Source of the DNA: Antedon mediterranea
Taxonomy: Eukaryota; Animalia; Echinodermata
NCBI RefSeq assembly: GCF_964355755.1
Contig: NC_092678.1
Coordinates: 11,406,352-11,470,351 of the forward strand
Reading direction: 5' to 3'
Length of the DNA: 64,000 nt
In this document: positions 1 to 13,400 of the stretch, piece after piece
Numbering within the stretch: position 1 is the first letter of the stretch
Layout of the letters: the number at the start of each line of letters is the position of its first letter
Made by a program: the position numbers and the translations under genes
Notes under the pieces: model-generated
Database searches by the model: none
What the model saw: the letters and a program-made list of their open reading frames with translations, nothing else
What the model was told of the DNA's origin: nothing

Positions 1-716
1 GTTTGCATTTGATTGTTTTCACTGTCATTTGCCTTTCTTTTAATCCATTTTCACATGCAATTCTTCCAGATCCTGTATATTACAGGCTCTGCATAGACAT
101 CGTTTCAAAGGGAAAACCTTGTGTTTTCGATTATTTTTTAACAACATTTTCAAAAACAGTAAATATAAATATGTATGTTCTGAACATTTTGACACCAATA
201 TCAAGGTTCTATGATTTTTAGTTACGTAGATATGAACATTTTTTTATGTCATATATGGGTCAAAGGTCACAAAATGGAATTTCCGGTCATGTTTCAACAA
301 AATGTTTAAAAAGGGTAAATATAAATATGTATGTTCTGAACATTTTGACACCAATATCAAGACTCTGTGATTTGTAGTTACGTAAATATATAAACGTCAT
401 GCCATATATGTCAAAGGTCACAAAATGAAATTTCCGGTCATGTTTCAACAAAATGTTCAAAAAGTGTAAATATAAACATATATATTTTGAACAATTTGAC
501 ACCAAATACAGCTGTCTACTACAAGCGGTTACCGATTTTCAAAAATTGGCGGCCATCTTTTTTAACGCCAAATTTTTAACCTTTGCGGTCGTCCGATTTT
601 GGTAAACTTTTGATATATGTTTTTTGAGACCATTTTTTATTGTAATTCATCAAAAAACATTTTCTTGCAATTTTTTGGGGGTTAGGCCCTATATTTTCAT
701 ATTTTGACCCGACTAA
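1..716. mobile_element. End fragment of a non-autonomous DNA transposon with ~150-bp internal tandem units (same repeat family as 22797-25811, Academ-like)
   Basis: Three ~151-156-bp units (aaatataaatatgtatgttctgaacattttgacaccaa near 161, 317, 468) with ggtcaaaggtca motifs; ends in ..gacta like the termini at 25811 and ~30495. Confidence 0.5.
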
Positions 717-789
717 CTCTCATTTAGAACAAGTTAGCAAAGGACATTCAGTGCGGCTGATGTATTTTGACTTTTCATCAGCTTTTAAT

Positions 790-990
790 ACAATTCAACC
801 AAAAAAATTCCAGTTGAGACCAGTTGGAAATTTCAATGTGGTCAACTGGTTTTTTTCAACTGGTCAACTGGTTTTCAACTAGTCAACTGGTGTTTCCTAC
901 TGGCCAACTGGTGTTTCCAACTGGCCAATAGGTTTTCCAACTGATCAACTGGTTTGTTCCAATTGGTTTTTTTCAAATGGGCAACTTTTT
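790..990. repeat. Short degenerate tandem array of caactgg(t) motifs
   Basis: Repeated caactggt/ccaactgg units visible directly. Confidence 0.7.
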
Positions 991-1595
991 CAAATATTTT
1001 TTTCCAAGGAACCAAAGGAAGAAGAAGGGAGAAGGAGGATGACTCCATCGACGAGGCTAGCCGTGATTGACCAATTATGTATTGTATATTGTCGAGGGCC
1101 TAAATGATCAGCTTTGTTCGATGGGCTACCCCCATGAAACATGGTTAAATAAAAATGATATGAAACAAAATTATAAGTCTACAGGACCAGCCCACCATCG
1201 TTGGGTGGGGCTAATAATTTAGAAAAATAGAGTTGCCCGGAAATTGGACTTCGAAATATGGAAAGAATATAAGTCTCCAGGACCAGCCCCTGCCTGACCT
1301 AAATTAACTTAACTCTCTAAATATCTCTCTTTCAAAATATAAGAAAAACATTTTATATTTATTTTAAAAAAAAAAGAAATCCGTGACTTGAACCCCAGCT
1401 AGTAGAATCCAAACGATAGAAGAGCACTAACCCGTTATGCCACAATGTACAGGAGTAATCATGAAAAGTGACAATAGTATAGTCTTATACGCGCTTCATA
1501 TTACGTCATCCTAATCGTTACGTCATAAATTTGCATATTCATGACGTACTTTTGAAGAAACGAATCTAGTTTTAACCTTGCTATAAACCGGAGGG

Positions 1596-3116
1596 CCGGA
1601 TGCGATTTTTTTTTTCGTACATAAGTTGGGGACCCCTCATGAAACGTCACAAAATAAAGATGAATAATTCATCAGTTAAATTTGGTGTTCCGTGTGCACC
1701 CAAGCGTATAGCAACACGAAGTGATTACACACAACTGCGATACGATTCTTTCTACAATAATATAGGCCTAGGATTCTAGGTCAATTCACGTGATTGCCTT
1801 CGCGCACTCTTCTTCACACACACGTCCACTATGCAGAATGTGTCGAGGCTAATCGACACAGCTAGGCAAAACATTAAACTAAGTAGTAATTGGACATAGC
1901 CCAAAGAAAGCTTAGACCTACAATAATAAAGAATGTGTATAATTTGTGTACTGTAATTTTTTAATTCTGGTTTTATTATCAAACAATATGCATTACTCAA
2001 AGGAACTTTAAAAATTCGCGTATATGAATATGATCACATGAGATGGGAAGATTATACCCACGAGAATAAAAAATGTATTTTTGTGTAATGTTTATTGTTT
2101 AATTTTGCTGACTTTTTACTCGGACTGTACTGTCATACCTACACACAAGTCACACACACCCACACAGCTACTACTAGATTATACAGGGGTTTAGAGACTA
2201 GTAATTAGGCCTAATAAATAGTATCAATAGAAACTATAATTTTAACACGTAATTCTTTAGTAATAAATTATATTAAAAACACCATAAACTAAAGGCTGAT
2301 TATTTCGACAATCCACACAAAACTCCGCTATTCTATTATGAAATCGCACGCGGCAACCACAGCGGAGATAGGCATAGAATCACTTCTTGTTCCGTGTGCA
2401 CCCAAGCGTATAGCAACAAGAGAAGTGATTACACAACTGCGATACGATACTTTCTACAGTAGGCCTAGTATTCGAAGTCAATTCACGTGATTGCCTTCGC
2501 GCACTCTTCTTCACACACACCACCACTATGCAAAATGTGTCGAGTCGAGGCTAATCGACAGCAGCTAGGCAAGACATTAAACTAAGTAGTAGGCCTAATT
2601 CATTGGACATAGCCCAAAGAAAGCTTAGACCCACAAGAATATAGAATGTGTATAATTTGTGTACTGTATTTTTTTAATTCTGCTATTTTATTTTTGTGTA
2701 AAACTGTAATGTTTATTGTTTAATTTTGCTGACTTATTACTCGGATTGTGTCATACCTAACACACACACGTCACACACACCCACACAGCTACTACTACTA
2801 GAATAGACATGGGTTTAGAGACTAATAATTAGGCCAATTTTAACACGTAATTCTTTAGTAATAAATTATATTAAAAACACCATAAACTAAAGGCTGATTA
2901 TTTCAACAATCCACACAAAAAGACGCTATTCTTCTATGAAATCGCACGCCGCAACAACAGCGGAGATAGGCCTAGAATCGTACCGCACTTGTTGCTATAC
3001 GCTTGGGTGCACACGGAACAAGAAAATTTAACTGATGAATTATTCATGTTTATTTTGTGACGTTTCATGAGGGGGTCCACAACTTATGTACGAAAAAAAA
3101 AATCGCGGCCTGGCTA
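1596..3116. mobile_element. Non-autonomous TIR element with ~120-bp terminal inverted repeats and an internal ~600-700-bp tandem duplication
   Basis: 1602-1720 (gcgattttt..cgtacataagtt..ccgtgtgcacccaagcgtatagcaac) is the reverse complement of ~2990-3106; 1689-2380 is repeated at 2389-2985; partial copy at ~19945-20262 plus 21572-21702. Confidence 0.8.
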
Positions 3117-3240
3117 GTGTATTCTCTCTATTTATATCAATTACATGCATTATTTTAATAAATAATTTTCACAATTTGTTGAGAATTTTTAACTTTGAAC
3201 AAACGAAAAGGATTTCAAACCATGTACTACATTTTACTTC

Positions 3241-4794
3241 CCCGTCGGGGAACACGGGTACTTTTTGTCGGGGAATATAATATACAGTAAAAAACGTTCG
3301 CGTTCACTTCATACAGCTTCAGCGCCTAGAAAACCACGACGTTCCATTGACCGTGAGAGTACGTCAGAGGGCTACTATGCACTTTTATGCATTCATTATT
3401 GCCAGCGATCTAACTTACTACTAAACATTAGCTAGGTACGCACTTGTCTGGCGGTATCCCTTTGTACGAATCGTTTAACGTTGGGTTGAGACGTGTGATA
3501 TCAAGTTCCATCCAGGGACCAAAATGTGTAATGTAGTTATTTTCCAGGCGAAGTTTACCGACGGTTACCGAAGGGAACACGGGTACTTTTTGTCGGGGAA
3601 TATAATATACAGTAAAAAGCGTTCGCGTTCACTTCGTAGCTAGCTTCAGCGCCTAGAAAACCGCGACGTTTCATTGACCGTGAGAGTACGTCAGAGTGAT
3701 ATTATGCACTTTATATGCATTCATTATTGCCAGCGATCTAACTTACTACTAAACAATAGCTAGGTACGCACTTGTCTGGCGGTATCCCTTTGTACGAATC
3801 GTTCAACGTTGGGTCGAGACGCGTGATACAGTATCATGTTCCATCAGGGGACCAAAATGTGTACTGTAGTTATTTTCCAGGCGAAGTTTACCGACGGTTA
3901 CTGTGTCGACGTACGCTACACTACAGCAAAAACGAATTAAGTTAATTGTTCGTATTTTCACCAATTTTTTAATTTACAAGTAACCTTCTGTACCGTGGGG
4001 CACCTAAAATAAATTTTTCATCCATTACTAAACAAAAAAAACGTGCCATTTTCGCTTAGCCAACATCTTATTATAGCTAAGTTATTACATTTTCAATGTC
4101 CTGTATGTCATGAATTTCTCACCACTCGGAAGTCCAGATGGTACGCACGCATACACTTGGGAGGAATAAACTTATTTCCCCGACTGAAAAAGGTCTACTT
4201 GCGTTTTTTAAGCCTCTAGGCCTGATGTTTCCAAAGTATAAAATGCAATTTTTTGAAGACCTGCAGCTCTAGTTTTAAACATTTTCTTAGCTCAGCCCCA
4301 ACAATAAAGCTGGTCATATTTCGAAGTACAAGGTGCATTTTCCGGGACCTAACATCTCTATTTTGTTTTTCTACATTTCTTAGCTCAGTCACAACCATGA
4401 TAGGGACTTATATATTTTGTTTCATGTTTTGAAGTATAATAAGTCCAATTTCCGGGACCTCCAACTCTATTTTTCTAAATTTTCTTTGAATTGAACTTTT
4501 ATTTTTTAAATTGAAAAATATGGATTGAAACAGTCATCGCTCATCGTTTTTTTGCACGCAGTATTTTATTTATGCATTATAAAAAATGGAAAAAATGGCT
4601 ACCCTAAATCTGATTAAAATGACCTCAAATGACGCTAGAACGCGTTGCTTCCGGGGGCTTCGCCCCCTGGACCCCCACCGGGGGCTTTTGGCGGCCCCCC
4701 CTGGCCCCCAGCCTAGTGATGCTCGCTTCGCTCGCATAGCCCCCTCGTCGGGGAATGTAGCCCCCGCGTCGGGAAGATCCTGGCGCCACCCCTG
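3241..4794 (+). mobile_element. 5'-truncated copy of the CAG..CTG (hAT5-like) non-autonomous element
   Basis: Near-identical to 52000-53536, with two ~330-bp tandem units; ends cctggcgccacccctg. Confidence 0.85.
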
Positions 4795-4871
4795 CATTGA
4801 TTGCACCCCTATACAATACAAATATTAAACAGTTGGTATGCCGTGCGTTATTATGCAAATGAGTTGGTGAG

Positions 4872-5210
4872 TTTATATTTTTAGTTTTGTTTGTGTGTAT
4901 AATTCCCAATATCTGAGGTGCGAAAATGGTAATTGCAAATGTCATCAAACACCACCAGCTAGGCCTACCCCCACCCCCGACCCAATTTCAAAACCTGCTA
5001 CAGCCACGGAAATTTTGAATTTTTTAGCTGAAATATGTTTGGAAATATCATAAAATTTCCGTGGCTGTAGCAGCAGGTTTTGAAATTGGGTCTGGGGTGG
5101 GGGGGGGGGGGCGGTAGCTGGTGGTGTTTGGTGACATTATTTGCAATTAGTTACCATTTTCGCACCTCAGATATTGGGAATTTAAATACACACAAAACTA
5201 AAAATATAAA
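4872..5210. mobile_element. Foldback/palindromic MITE with ~145-bp arms
   Basis: ttcccaatatctgaggtgcgaaaatggt..cagccacggaaatttt mirrored by aaaatttccgtggctg..accattttcgcacctcagatattgggaa. Confidence 0.8.
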
Positions 5211-6009
5211 TTTGTAACGACATGTAATCACATTCTTGGCCTACTTTGTGTCAGTTGGGGTTTTACAGATGTTTTTTAATTAGGGCCACATTTTGGGGAT
5301 TTGGCATTATTTTTCCCAATCTGGGATTATTTGAGTCAGGCTACGGCATAATTTAAAATTTATCACTGGCAACATGCACAGATGCGGCGACTTGACTCTA
5401 CTCTCTAGCATCCGACTTTGCATGGGGCGAATTTGCGATGGGGCGACTTGACTAGCATCCCCTTAGACAGGGGCCTACTCTCAATGAAAAACAAAGGAAA
5501 GGGGGCTGGCAGAGTGTGTTGCCTATTTGGGAGTTAAAAAGAAGTGTCTGTTTTTTTAGTGTTTCGAATCGATCCAGTGTTTTCATCAATCAAGGTAGGC
5601 CTAGGCCTCCTACCTAGCCTAGCCTAGACTAGGGCCTAGCCTAGCTAGGCTACGAATTCATACTAGGCTAGGCCTATAGGCCAGATTACGATTACCTACT
5701 AGGCCAAGGCCCTAGTACTACTACTGCTAGGGTTCAAGATATATGGTGCACAAAATTAGTCATAATAATGTATCATTCAAAAAAGGCCATGATTAACCAT
5801 TGTTATTATTGAAAACTACTTGGTTTCATTTGTTATTTTAATATTATAAATTAAGTCTGTTTTTTAATTATCATTATAGCAACTCATTAATAATTACTAC
5901 TTTTGTTTATAGGCTTTTTGTGTACAATATATCTGTTTTTAATCCACGTTGTTCTTTTGTTTTAACATCTTCATTCCCCCATGATGTTAAAAACAATTTA
6001 ATGACTAAT

Positions 6010-6520
6010 GTAATCGATCGTGGTTGTCTTTTTGTTAGCAGGATTAGTCAAAAAGTAATTACAAGATCTTTACCAAAATGAATATTATACAGATAGATAT
6101 GTGGTCAAGGATCATTCCATTCAATTTTGGGACCAATGTCCCAATTCTGGACCACTTTTTAGTATACTTTTCAGACCTGCTAGTGTTAAAAGATAGGACA
6201 GAATTGTTAAAAAGCCGGCGAGCAGTTTTACTCAGGTTAGGGTAAAAGTAAACTGAAATTGCATTTTCTCAAGAACTACTTGTCAAAAAAACTTCATCTT
6301 TGTACAAGAGGCAAGAGTTATAATTTGTGATTTGTATAAAGTTTAAAACAAAAATTGATTTAAGTTACAGGTTTTTTGATACAAGTAGTCTGTTTTTAAA
6401 AACCTATTTCTTTTCAAATTCACCCGTTTGTTTTTGCCGTTGCTGTTCTATTGTTAGTCAACAGAATCTATTGTTAGTTGAAAGGCTGGTTACAAACCAT
6501 TACACCAAATTCGCATACAC
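6010..6520 (+). mobile_element. Partial Helentron-associated (HINE/DINE-1-like) element, inverted relative to 61187-61877
   Basis: Reverse-complement similarity to ~61370-61850 (ttagcaggatta..caaaaagtaattacaag..agatagatatgtggt). Confidence 0.7.
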
Positions 6521-7404
6521 CTGCTTGTATTTGTAGTGAAATTAGCCTAAATCGTCAGTTATATTCCGTCCTCATGTTTGGTATAGGACATAATCCTGCA
6601 TTTCATTGTTGTTTGTAAAAGCTTCCAAAATATGTTAATAACATTTCACATAAAATGTAATACAAAACATAATATTTCGTATATAATGAAATTAGAAGCC
6701 TCTCTTAGTCAGACATTATATCCGCCTAAAAGTGGGCCGATTCGTCCCGTCACACCTGGGCCGAATCATCCCGCATTCAACTATTGCCTATATAGCAGCT
6801 TTGGAATATTAATTAGTAAGAAACTTAACCTAGCCTAGTGTTATCACTGCATTTGGTGTTTGCAAATATGGTAAAAGGGATGCTCAATCTTATGTTTGGA
6901 AGGTGCCAGAAACATGAACAAGAATACAGTTTTATTATACTTACTGCTCGTTGCATTTGAAATGGCACACGGCAGCACTACCGCTATACTATAACTGCAG
7001 CTGCGCTGATCACATGTGGTACTTTCTTTTCTCGATATTGCTAATTACCTGAGTGACTTAATTGTGAAATAGAAAAATGGCCAAGAATTTACGAAAGCAG
7101 CGTTCGAAGAAATTAGCCTAAAAACACATTTTTTCATAAATTTGCCGTGCTAATATAGACTAATGGATAGAGAGGAATAAAAAGGCGCTAGTATCAGACT
7201 TGCAGTGTAGGAGGAGATAGAGGAACAAATTTTGGCTTAGTGCTATTATATTAGATATTAAATGGTTTAGTTATTTTTTACTTTTTGTTATTAATATTAT
7301 ATATGGATATTAATTTGTTTTTGTCTTGCCTAATTCATAATTTTATCAAAAATTGTTTTTCAGAGCTTCTTGCATCAGAATCTAGTGAGGAGGTTTCTGG
7401 CATT

Positions 7405-10400
7405 ATGTCAGTTCGTTTAGATGACCCTGAAATTAAGGTTGAAAAAGGTTAGTAAATTAATAAGAAAAATATATATAATATATTCTACATTAGCTGCAGA
7501 TAATAACTACATTAGCTGGGAGGCAATTTTCCTTACTACATTAGCTGTTGACCGTTCTACATTAGCTGGTGTTGATTTTTATTTACTACATAAAAGCTGT
7601 TGGTGTTTCTATATTAGCTGGAGGTTTTACTACAATAGCGGTGGATTGTTCTATATTTAGCAGTTGTTTCGACATTAGCTGGCGTTTTCTACTTTAGCGG
7701 TTGTAACAGCACTCTTAAAAGTAGACACCAATTATGAAGGTTTATTCAAATCAATTGTCAAAGAGTTTTAAAATATTTTAATAGTTTTGTCAACATTAAA
7801 ATGATTAAGTTTTCTCAGTGGGTAAAGTCTCTGATTTCCCCTTTTTGCTCCCAGCTAAGGTTGTCCTAAACAAAATCGTCCAAAGTGGACCCATGACCGT
7901 CCTAGTGAAGGAGAACAAAAACAAGAACAATAACAAGACTAGATGGTAGGACAAGATTACTGTAGGTCGTGCCCACAGATGATTCTCAAATACACAGTAA
8001 TTTCCAGCGTAAAAAACTGGCAATTTCCAATGAACATACCGCAGGACTATAATACATTGTCGTTTACAGAAACGAATAAATAGACTCGATGATTTATGTA
8101 GTCAACTAAAATGAGCACCCTGGGAATTAGGCCTACATCCAAAAGAGAAACTTGTCATATTAATGAGTCCTAATTTTTTATCTGGACTCATTTATTAAAG
8201 ATTGTCCCTTTGACTAATTCCCAAAAAATAATAGATTTCGAAAAAAGGTGGGTCATTTTGAAGTATCAAAATAGTTATTAACTATCACCAAAAATTTGTC
8301 GAAAAAAAAATCATTTAACTGAAATACAGACGGTTTTTTGTTAAAAAAATAACTTTGACTTCCAGTCAAAGTTTTCAATCAAAACATATCCCATAATGAA
8401 ATGCGCTTTGTTTGGCTACTCTGTATGCATAATCATAAAACTTCCTCATGATCTGTGTAAAAATTAAAAATATCTTTTCAACCGTGACGAGTTGTAAACA
8501 ATCCTAATTGTTTTATGCATAATGCGTACTCGTGGTTTGAAATCTTTTTTTACTTTTGCTCGCGACAATTTTCCAGACGAAATGTAATCAAACTAATTTA
8601 CCTGTTAATTACGTAAACTTGTTTTTTTGCTCTAATTTTAGACTTATAAGTGAATAACTTTGATATGGCCAATTTAAATTTAGAATATTTTGACCTTCAT
8701 TTTTGTGTGTTTCAAGGGACAATACATCTTTAAATATTGAACCCAATTTGTGTTTTGTATGTAACATTAGGTTTGAGGGATGGGAAAGAGGATGGGTACA
8801 AAGAGGAACAATTTTTTAATATATTCTTTATCCACTCAGTAACGAAATATTTTTTTCATGTTTTATAGGCCTATAAATAATATACCACTTGAATTGAATT
8901 GAAATTTATATTTATACTGAGTAACCTCTTCAGTCAAAGACTGGTCTCCCAAAGGGCCCAGTTGGTGATCAGTGGCTGTGATGTACTAATACACCGGGGT
9001 AACCCCCTACTCGTCTCGAAAGATGTACTAGGTTCTTTAAAGTGCACACGAGCTAGATGTGTACACTGGACCTACGGTTTATAGTCCTTATCCGAGAAGA
9101 CTCATTCTACCACCAGAACCATGGAGTGAGTGAGCCTCGAACCCCTGCTGATGTTATGGCTACGTAATTACGGTTCCACTGTCTTAACCGCTCGGCCACT
9201 CACTCACTTAATATCAGTAACACATTTGCGCTTTAATACTTTGTTAAAACTCTCACTGTCATAGTCGATTAAAATACTAAAGTACATGTAACAATACACT
9301 AACTACAACGTTTATCATTTTTTGTAATTATTAATACAAATGCTAACAACTGTCAGTTTATTTGTATATTGTGCGTTTATACTACTGTATAACAGTAGAG
9401 CCTACCCACACTCACAGTAATAAGTTTATTTGTACATGTGTTTATATCTAACAGTACCCACATTCACAGTAAAAAAATTGCTATTCAAATGGCGACCAAA
9501 AATGGTTAATATATATTTACTGTCCAAGTATTGTAATACTATTAAGGTTTTAGGTTTATTCCCCAAGGGCCCATAAATTTACCTACAGGTACTTGTGTTA
9601 AACCAAATAGTTATATTGGAATGTTCCATTCATCGCAACTCAATACATTTGTATAAACGTATATTAAATACATCAAAATAGTATTTTTTTAAAGAAAAAT
9701 CTGCCTGTCTTCAACATGATGCTGTACTCGAGCTTTTCAACCGGTTTTCAGCAATTAAAAACAATTATCATAGAAGGAGATAGGTAAATGCGAATCATTC
9801 TCGTATTGTTGTGTGCAGGTATTTTTCAAGATGGACATCCATTAGACAGTGTATACCACGTTTGGAAAAAACCTCTATTTGGGACAAATCGTTGAACCTA
9901 AATCCGTTTTAATTGTCAATAACTAATTTATAGAAACTATTATGATGTTTGCTTCATCATATCTCTGATGATAATAATATAATAATAATTGCTATACAGC
10001 AGTCTGTGTTTAGCATGGTTTATACAATAAAATGTTGGGAAAATAATTTTTTAGTTGGTTGGTTTCTTGTAATATCTCTTTTAAACATCAATTTAACAAC
10101 TAAAATGGTATCTACAGTATACTGGTCCTTAAGATTAACTGGAAAGAAAGTTAACTGAGTAGAAAGTCGTCAATGCTGGTTAACTCTTCAGTAACTAACT
10201 TGTCTCTGTTGTCTAACATAGAGTCACCATCATCATCATTGAAGCAACACTGCTTCAAACACTTCTGTATGTCGCTGTCTCTCTCTATGCTGTGGATGTC
10301 CAATTCACTAAATCAAAGACTATGATTTGTGCTGCCAGATGCTGAATGTTTTTGGTCGTTTTTACTAGGATGTTTCACATTAATTTGATTTTGTATTTGC

Positions 10401-13400
10401 TTTTGAAGTCATTGATGTCTGAAGGCTGGAAGAAATGCAACAGGATTTTTATTTACACAGTTTACAGTGCCCTGATTACAAAACAGGTAGTGGGTAGCCT
10501 GACTGTCTGAGTAGACTAGATATCCAAATTCTTTTTGTTTGCTATGTACCACTATAATGGTATTTCCCAAATTGGTTTTCATCATGACACAAACATGTTT
10601 GAAGGTCGAAGGTTGTTTTTATGTTAAAAGACAATTACACAAATGTGTGGTAAACATTCTGGCTTTTTTGGAAGGTTTGTTTTGAAATGGTGCTCTCTAA
10701 CTTATGAATAATGAGGTGCAGATTAGAATGGTTGAATGTCAAACACTTTCTTTTCATTTGAAATAAATTACCAAAGGCATCTATTAACAAAATTGTTTAT
10801 TAATATTAAAATTTCTGCTAAAATATTTTGAGGAAAAGGAGGATGTTGCAAAAATCCTTTTTAGTGTAAATACCATTCACTCATTACATTTTTTTTAGAT
10901 GAAATTCCAATGGATGAAGATTTGTATGTGAACCACAATGCTGTGGCGATAATGGGATTTGATGAATCAACAAGTACAGAAAACATGAATGAAGTAGATT
11001 ATAAAGACAGAGGTAATTTCTGGCCAATTTTATGCACATTGTTAATGCAATTCTCATCTATTTATTAACCATTTCTGAAACAACAAATCTCCTATGAGTG
11101 AGACAATATAGCATAATAAATAATAGTAAAGTTATACAAATTATATTTGATAATGCCTCATATAAAATAAATACCAAGTACTCCAGGCTAGATCCTAACA
11201 AAAGACGCTTAAATTTTTAAACAAGTGAGTATGTATAGCCAATAGCAAATTAAGGTGTGGCTCAACCACCATGCAAATATAAATACATCAATAAAGGTAA
11301 TAAACTTAAAACTCGCTAACTAATTCTGTACCAGAATAATATTATTAGAGTGGTTGACTCTTAGTGAGAAACCATAGATAGACTTTCTGATGTTTTCTTT
11401 GAAAGATAATATATATTTTTTACACAAGTTTTAACACATCGTGCATATCAAGTTTTTTATCGCAATAAAATATGAAAAAAATCTTTTCTAAAAGTAGGCC
11501 TCAACTAGGACTAGTGTAAAAATTGATATAATAAAGTTGGAAATCATGCTATTTATGATAATAATATATTTTTTATTTAACCACTGTATATTCATATAAA
11601 ATTTGATGTATAAACTTAACTTGAGCGATGTATAAACTCAACTCGAGCGATGTCAATATCACATGAGCGATGTATAAACTCGTCTCGAGCGATGTCAACA
11701 TAACACGAGAAATGTATGAACTCAACACGAGCGATGTCACCATATAACACGAGAGATATGTAAACTCAACACGAGCAATGTCTACATAACACAAGCGAGG
11801 TCACTTGACATAGTTATGTCTGTCCTGCCGTGCCATAGTCATAGTAAATTAAGTATCATACGCAATGCGTTATTTTAACAAACTTGTATCTTTCTCAAGG
11901 TGCCCTTATTGTAATTAGATCATAATGATTCACAATAATTAACCAATATGATCTAAACAACATGTATTTTAACCTTATCAGAACATTTTACTAAACTTCC
12001 TATCAATACAATTTTCTCTTAAACTCAGAGAAATATATAGCCGCATTATGTCAGCATCATCTTTTAGGTCATTATTAATAGTATGTAAAAATACTTCAGG
12101 ATCACCATTAAATGTGCATCGTTTTGGACGAAGTAACATGCATACAGATGTTTTTGAATTGTATATGATATAATGATTAGACGCATATTCCTCACAGGTA
12201 TCAACAAGCCCCTGCAACCCAGATAAGGATGGGGCAATTGGGTATCTCAGATCTAGAAAACTCAGATCTCAGAAATATCTGAGTTTTCTAGATCTAGAAA
12301 ACTCAGATATCTGAGTTTTCTAGATCTGGAAAACTCAGATCTGACTTTTCTAGAACTAGCAAGCCCAGATCATCAAATTGATCATTATTAATCAGAGGGT
12401 AGCTTGTTTGAAATACTACAGAATAATAATAATAATTATTGTAACTTGTAGTAGCAGCCTACGACTTAAATCATAAAGAAATACAGTATACACTATTTAA
12501 AATGTATGCTTAGCATTTAAGCCTAGCCTTGCTAAGCAAACTCAATTCAAGGCTCAACGTGTGGGTGCTATCGCGATGTATAACATGTACCCACACAAAC
12601 TTGTACATACCTAATTTTTAAGCCTACATTTTAATTAATTAATTAATTAATTAGATACAGTGAAAGGCTTTGAGTAAGTTTTTTCCCAACGTACAATGAA
12701 GCGCTGATTATTATACCAATCAATATATCAATATTTTAACAATAGTGAGATGCATACCCTTATTAATAAGCTTTTTGAATCAATTAATAACTCTGTAAAA
12801 CAGCCGTATACAGGGCTATCATTTCTTTTATAGTAATCTATTACTTGTTTAAGCACATAAATACAGGTATCAGTTGAGTGATCTTTCTTGAAAGCAAATT
12901 GATTATCATCTGAATTAAGAAACATTATATAGTATTCAACTAGAATGGATTCAAAGATTTTAGAAATGATACTTGGCAAGTGCAATGGGTCTATAATTAT
13001 CTTTACTACATTTATATTAATGCTAACTTTTCTAGCTGTTTACTTTATCGTTTTGATTTAGCTTTTCGGGGTTTTTTTTGTATCTCCATTGAGATCCAGC
13101 CACTGATACCCACAGCATTGTCATTTTTTTCAGTAATTTGCTTTTGGATTTATATATATTATATATATACCCAGGCAGCACTTGCCAGATTTATACTATG
13201 ACGTTATCCAAATTCCTTCACTTGCACTGATGAAGGGCTAGTGTTGCCCGAAAGCTCTGCTAACTTTTCTGGCTGTTTACTTTATCGTTTTGATTTAGCT
13301 TTTTCGCTTTTTATTTTTGTATCTCCATTGAGATCCAGCCACTTTACCCACAGCATTGTCATTTTTTTCAGTAATTTGCCTTTGGATTTATATATATATA

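Noticed and set aside
1380-1445. Degenerate tRNA-like A/B-box sequence on the minus strand
   Set aside because: Stems do not pair; at most a decayed SINE head
4570-4948. GC-rich ORFs on both strands (also 28706-28986, 53385-53592, 51810-52063)
   Set aside because: They fall in GC-rich subterminal sequence of the multicopy non-autonomous transposon; frames differ between copies
8889-8910. Idea that the Deu-SINE is mobilised by the LINE at 37232-39837
   Set aside because: Sense-strand tails differ ((TTCAA)n vs (TTGAA)n) and no shared 3' sequence is evident
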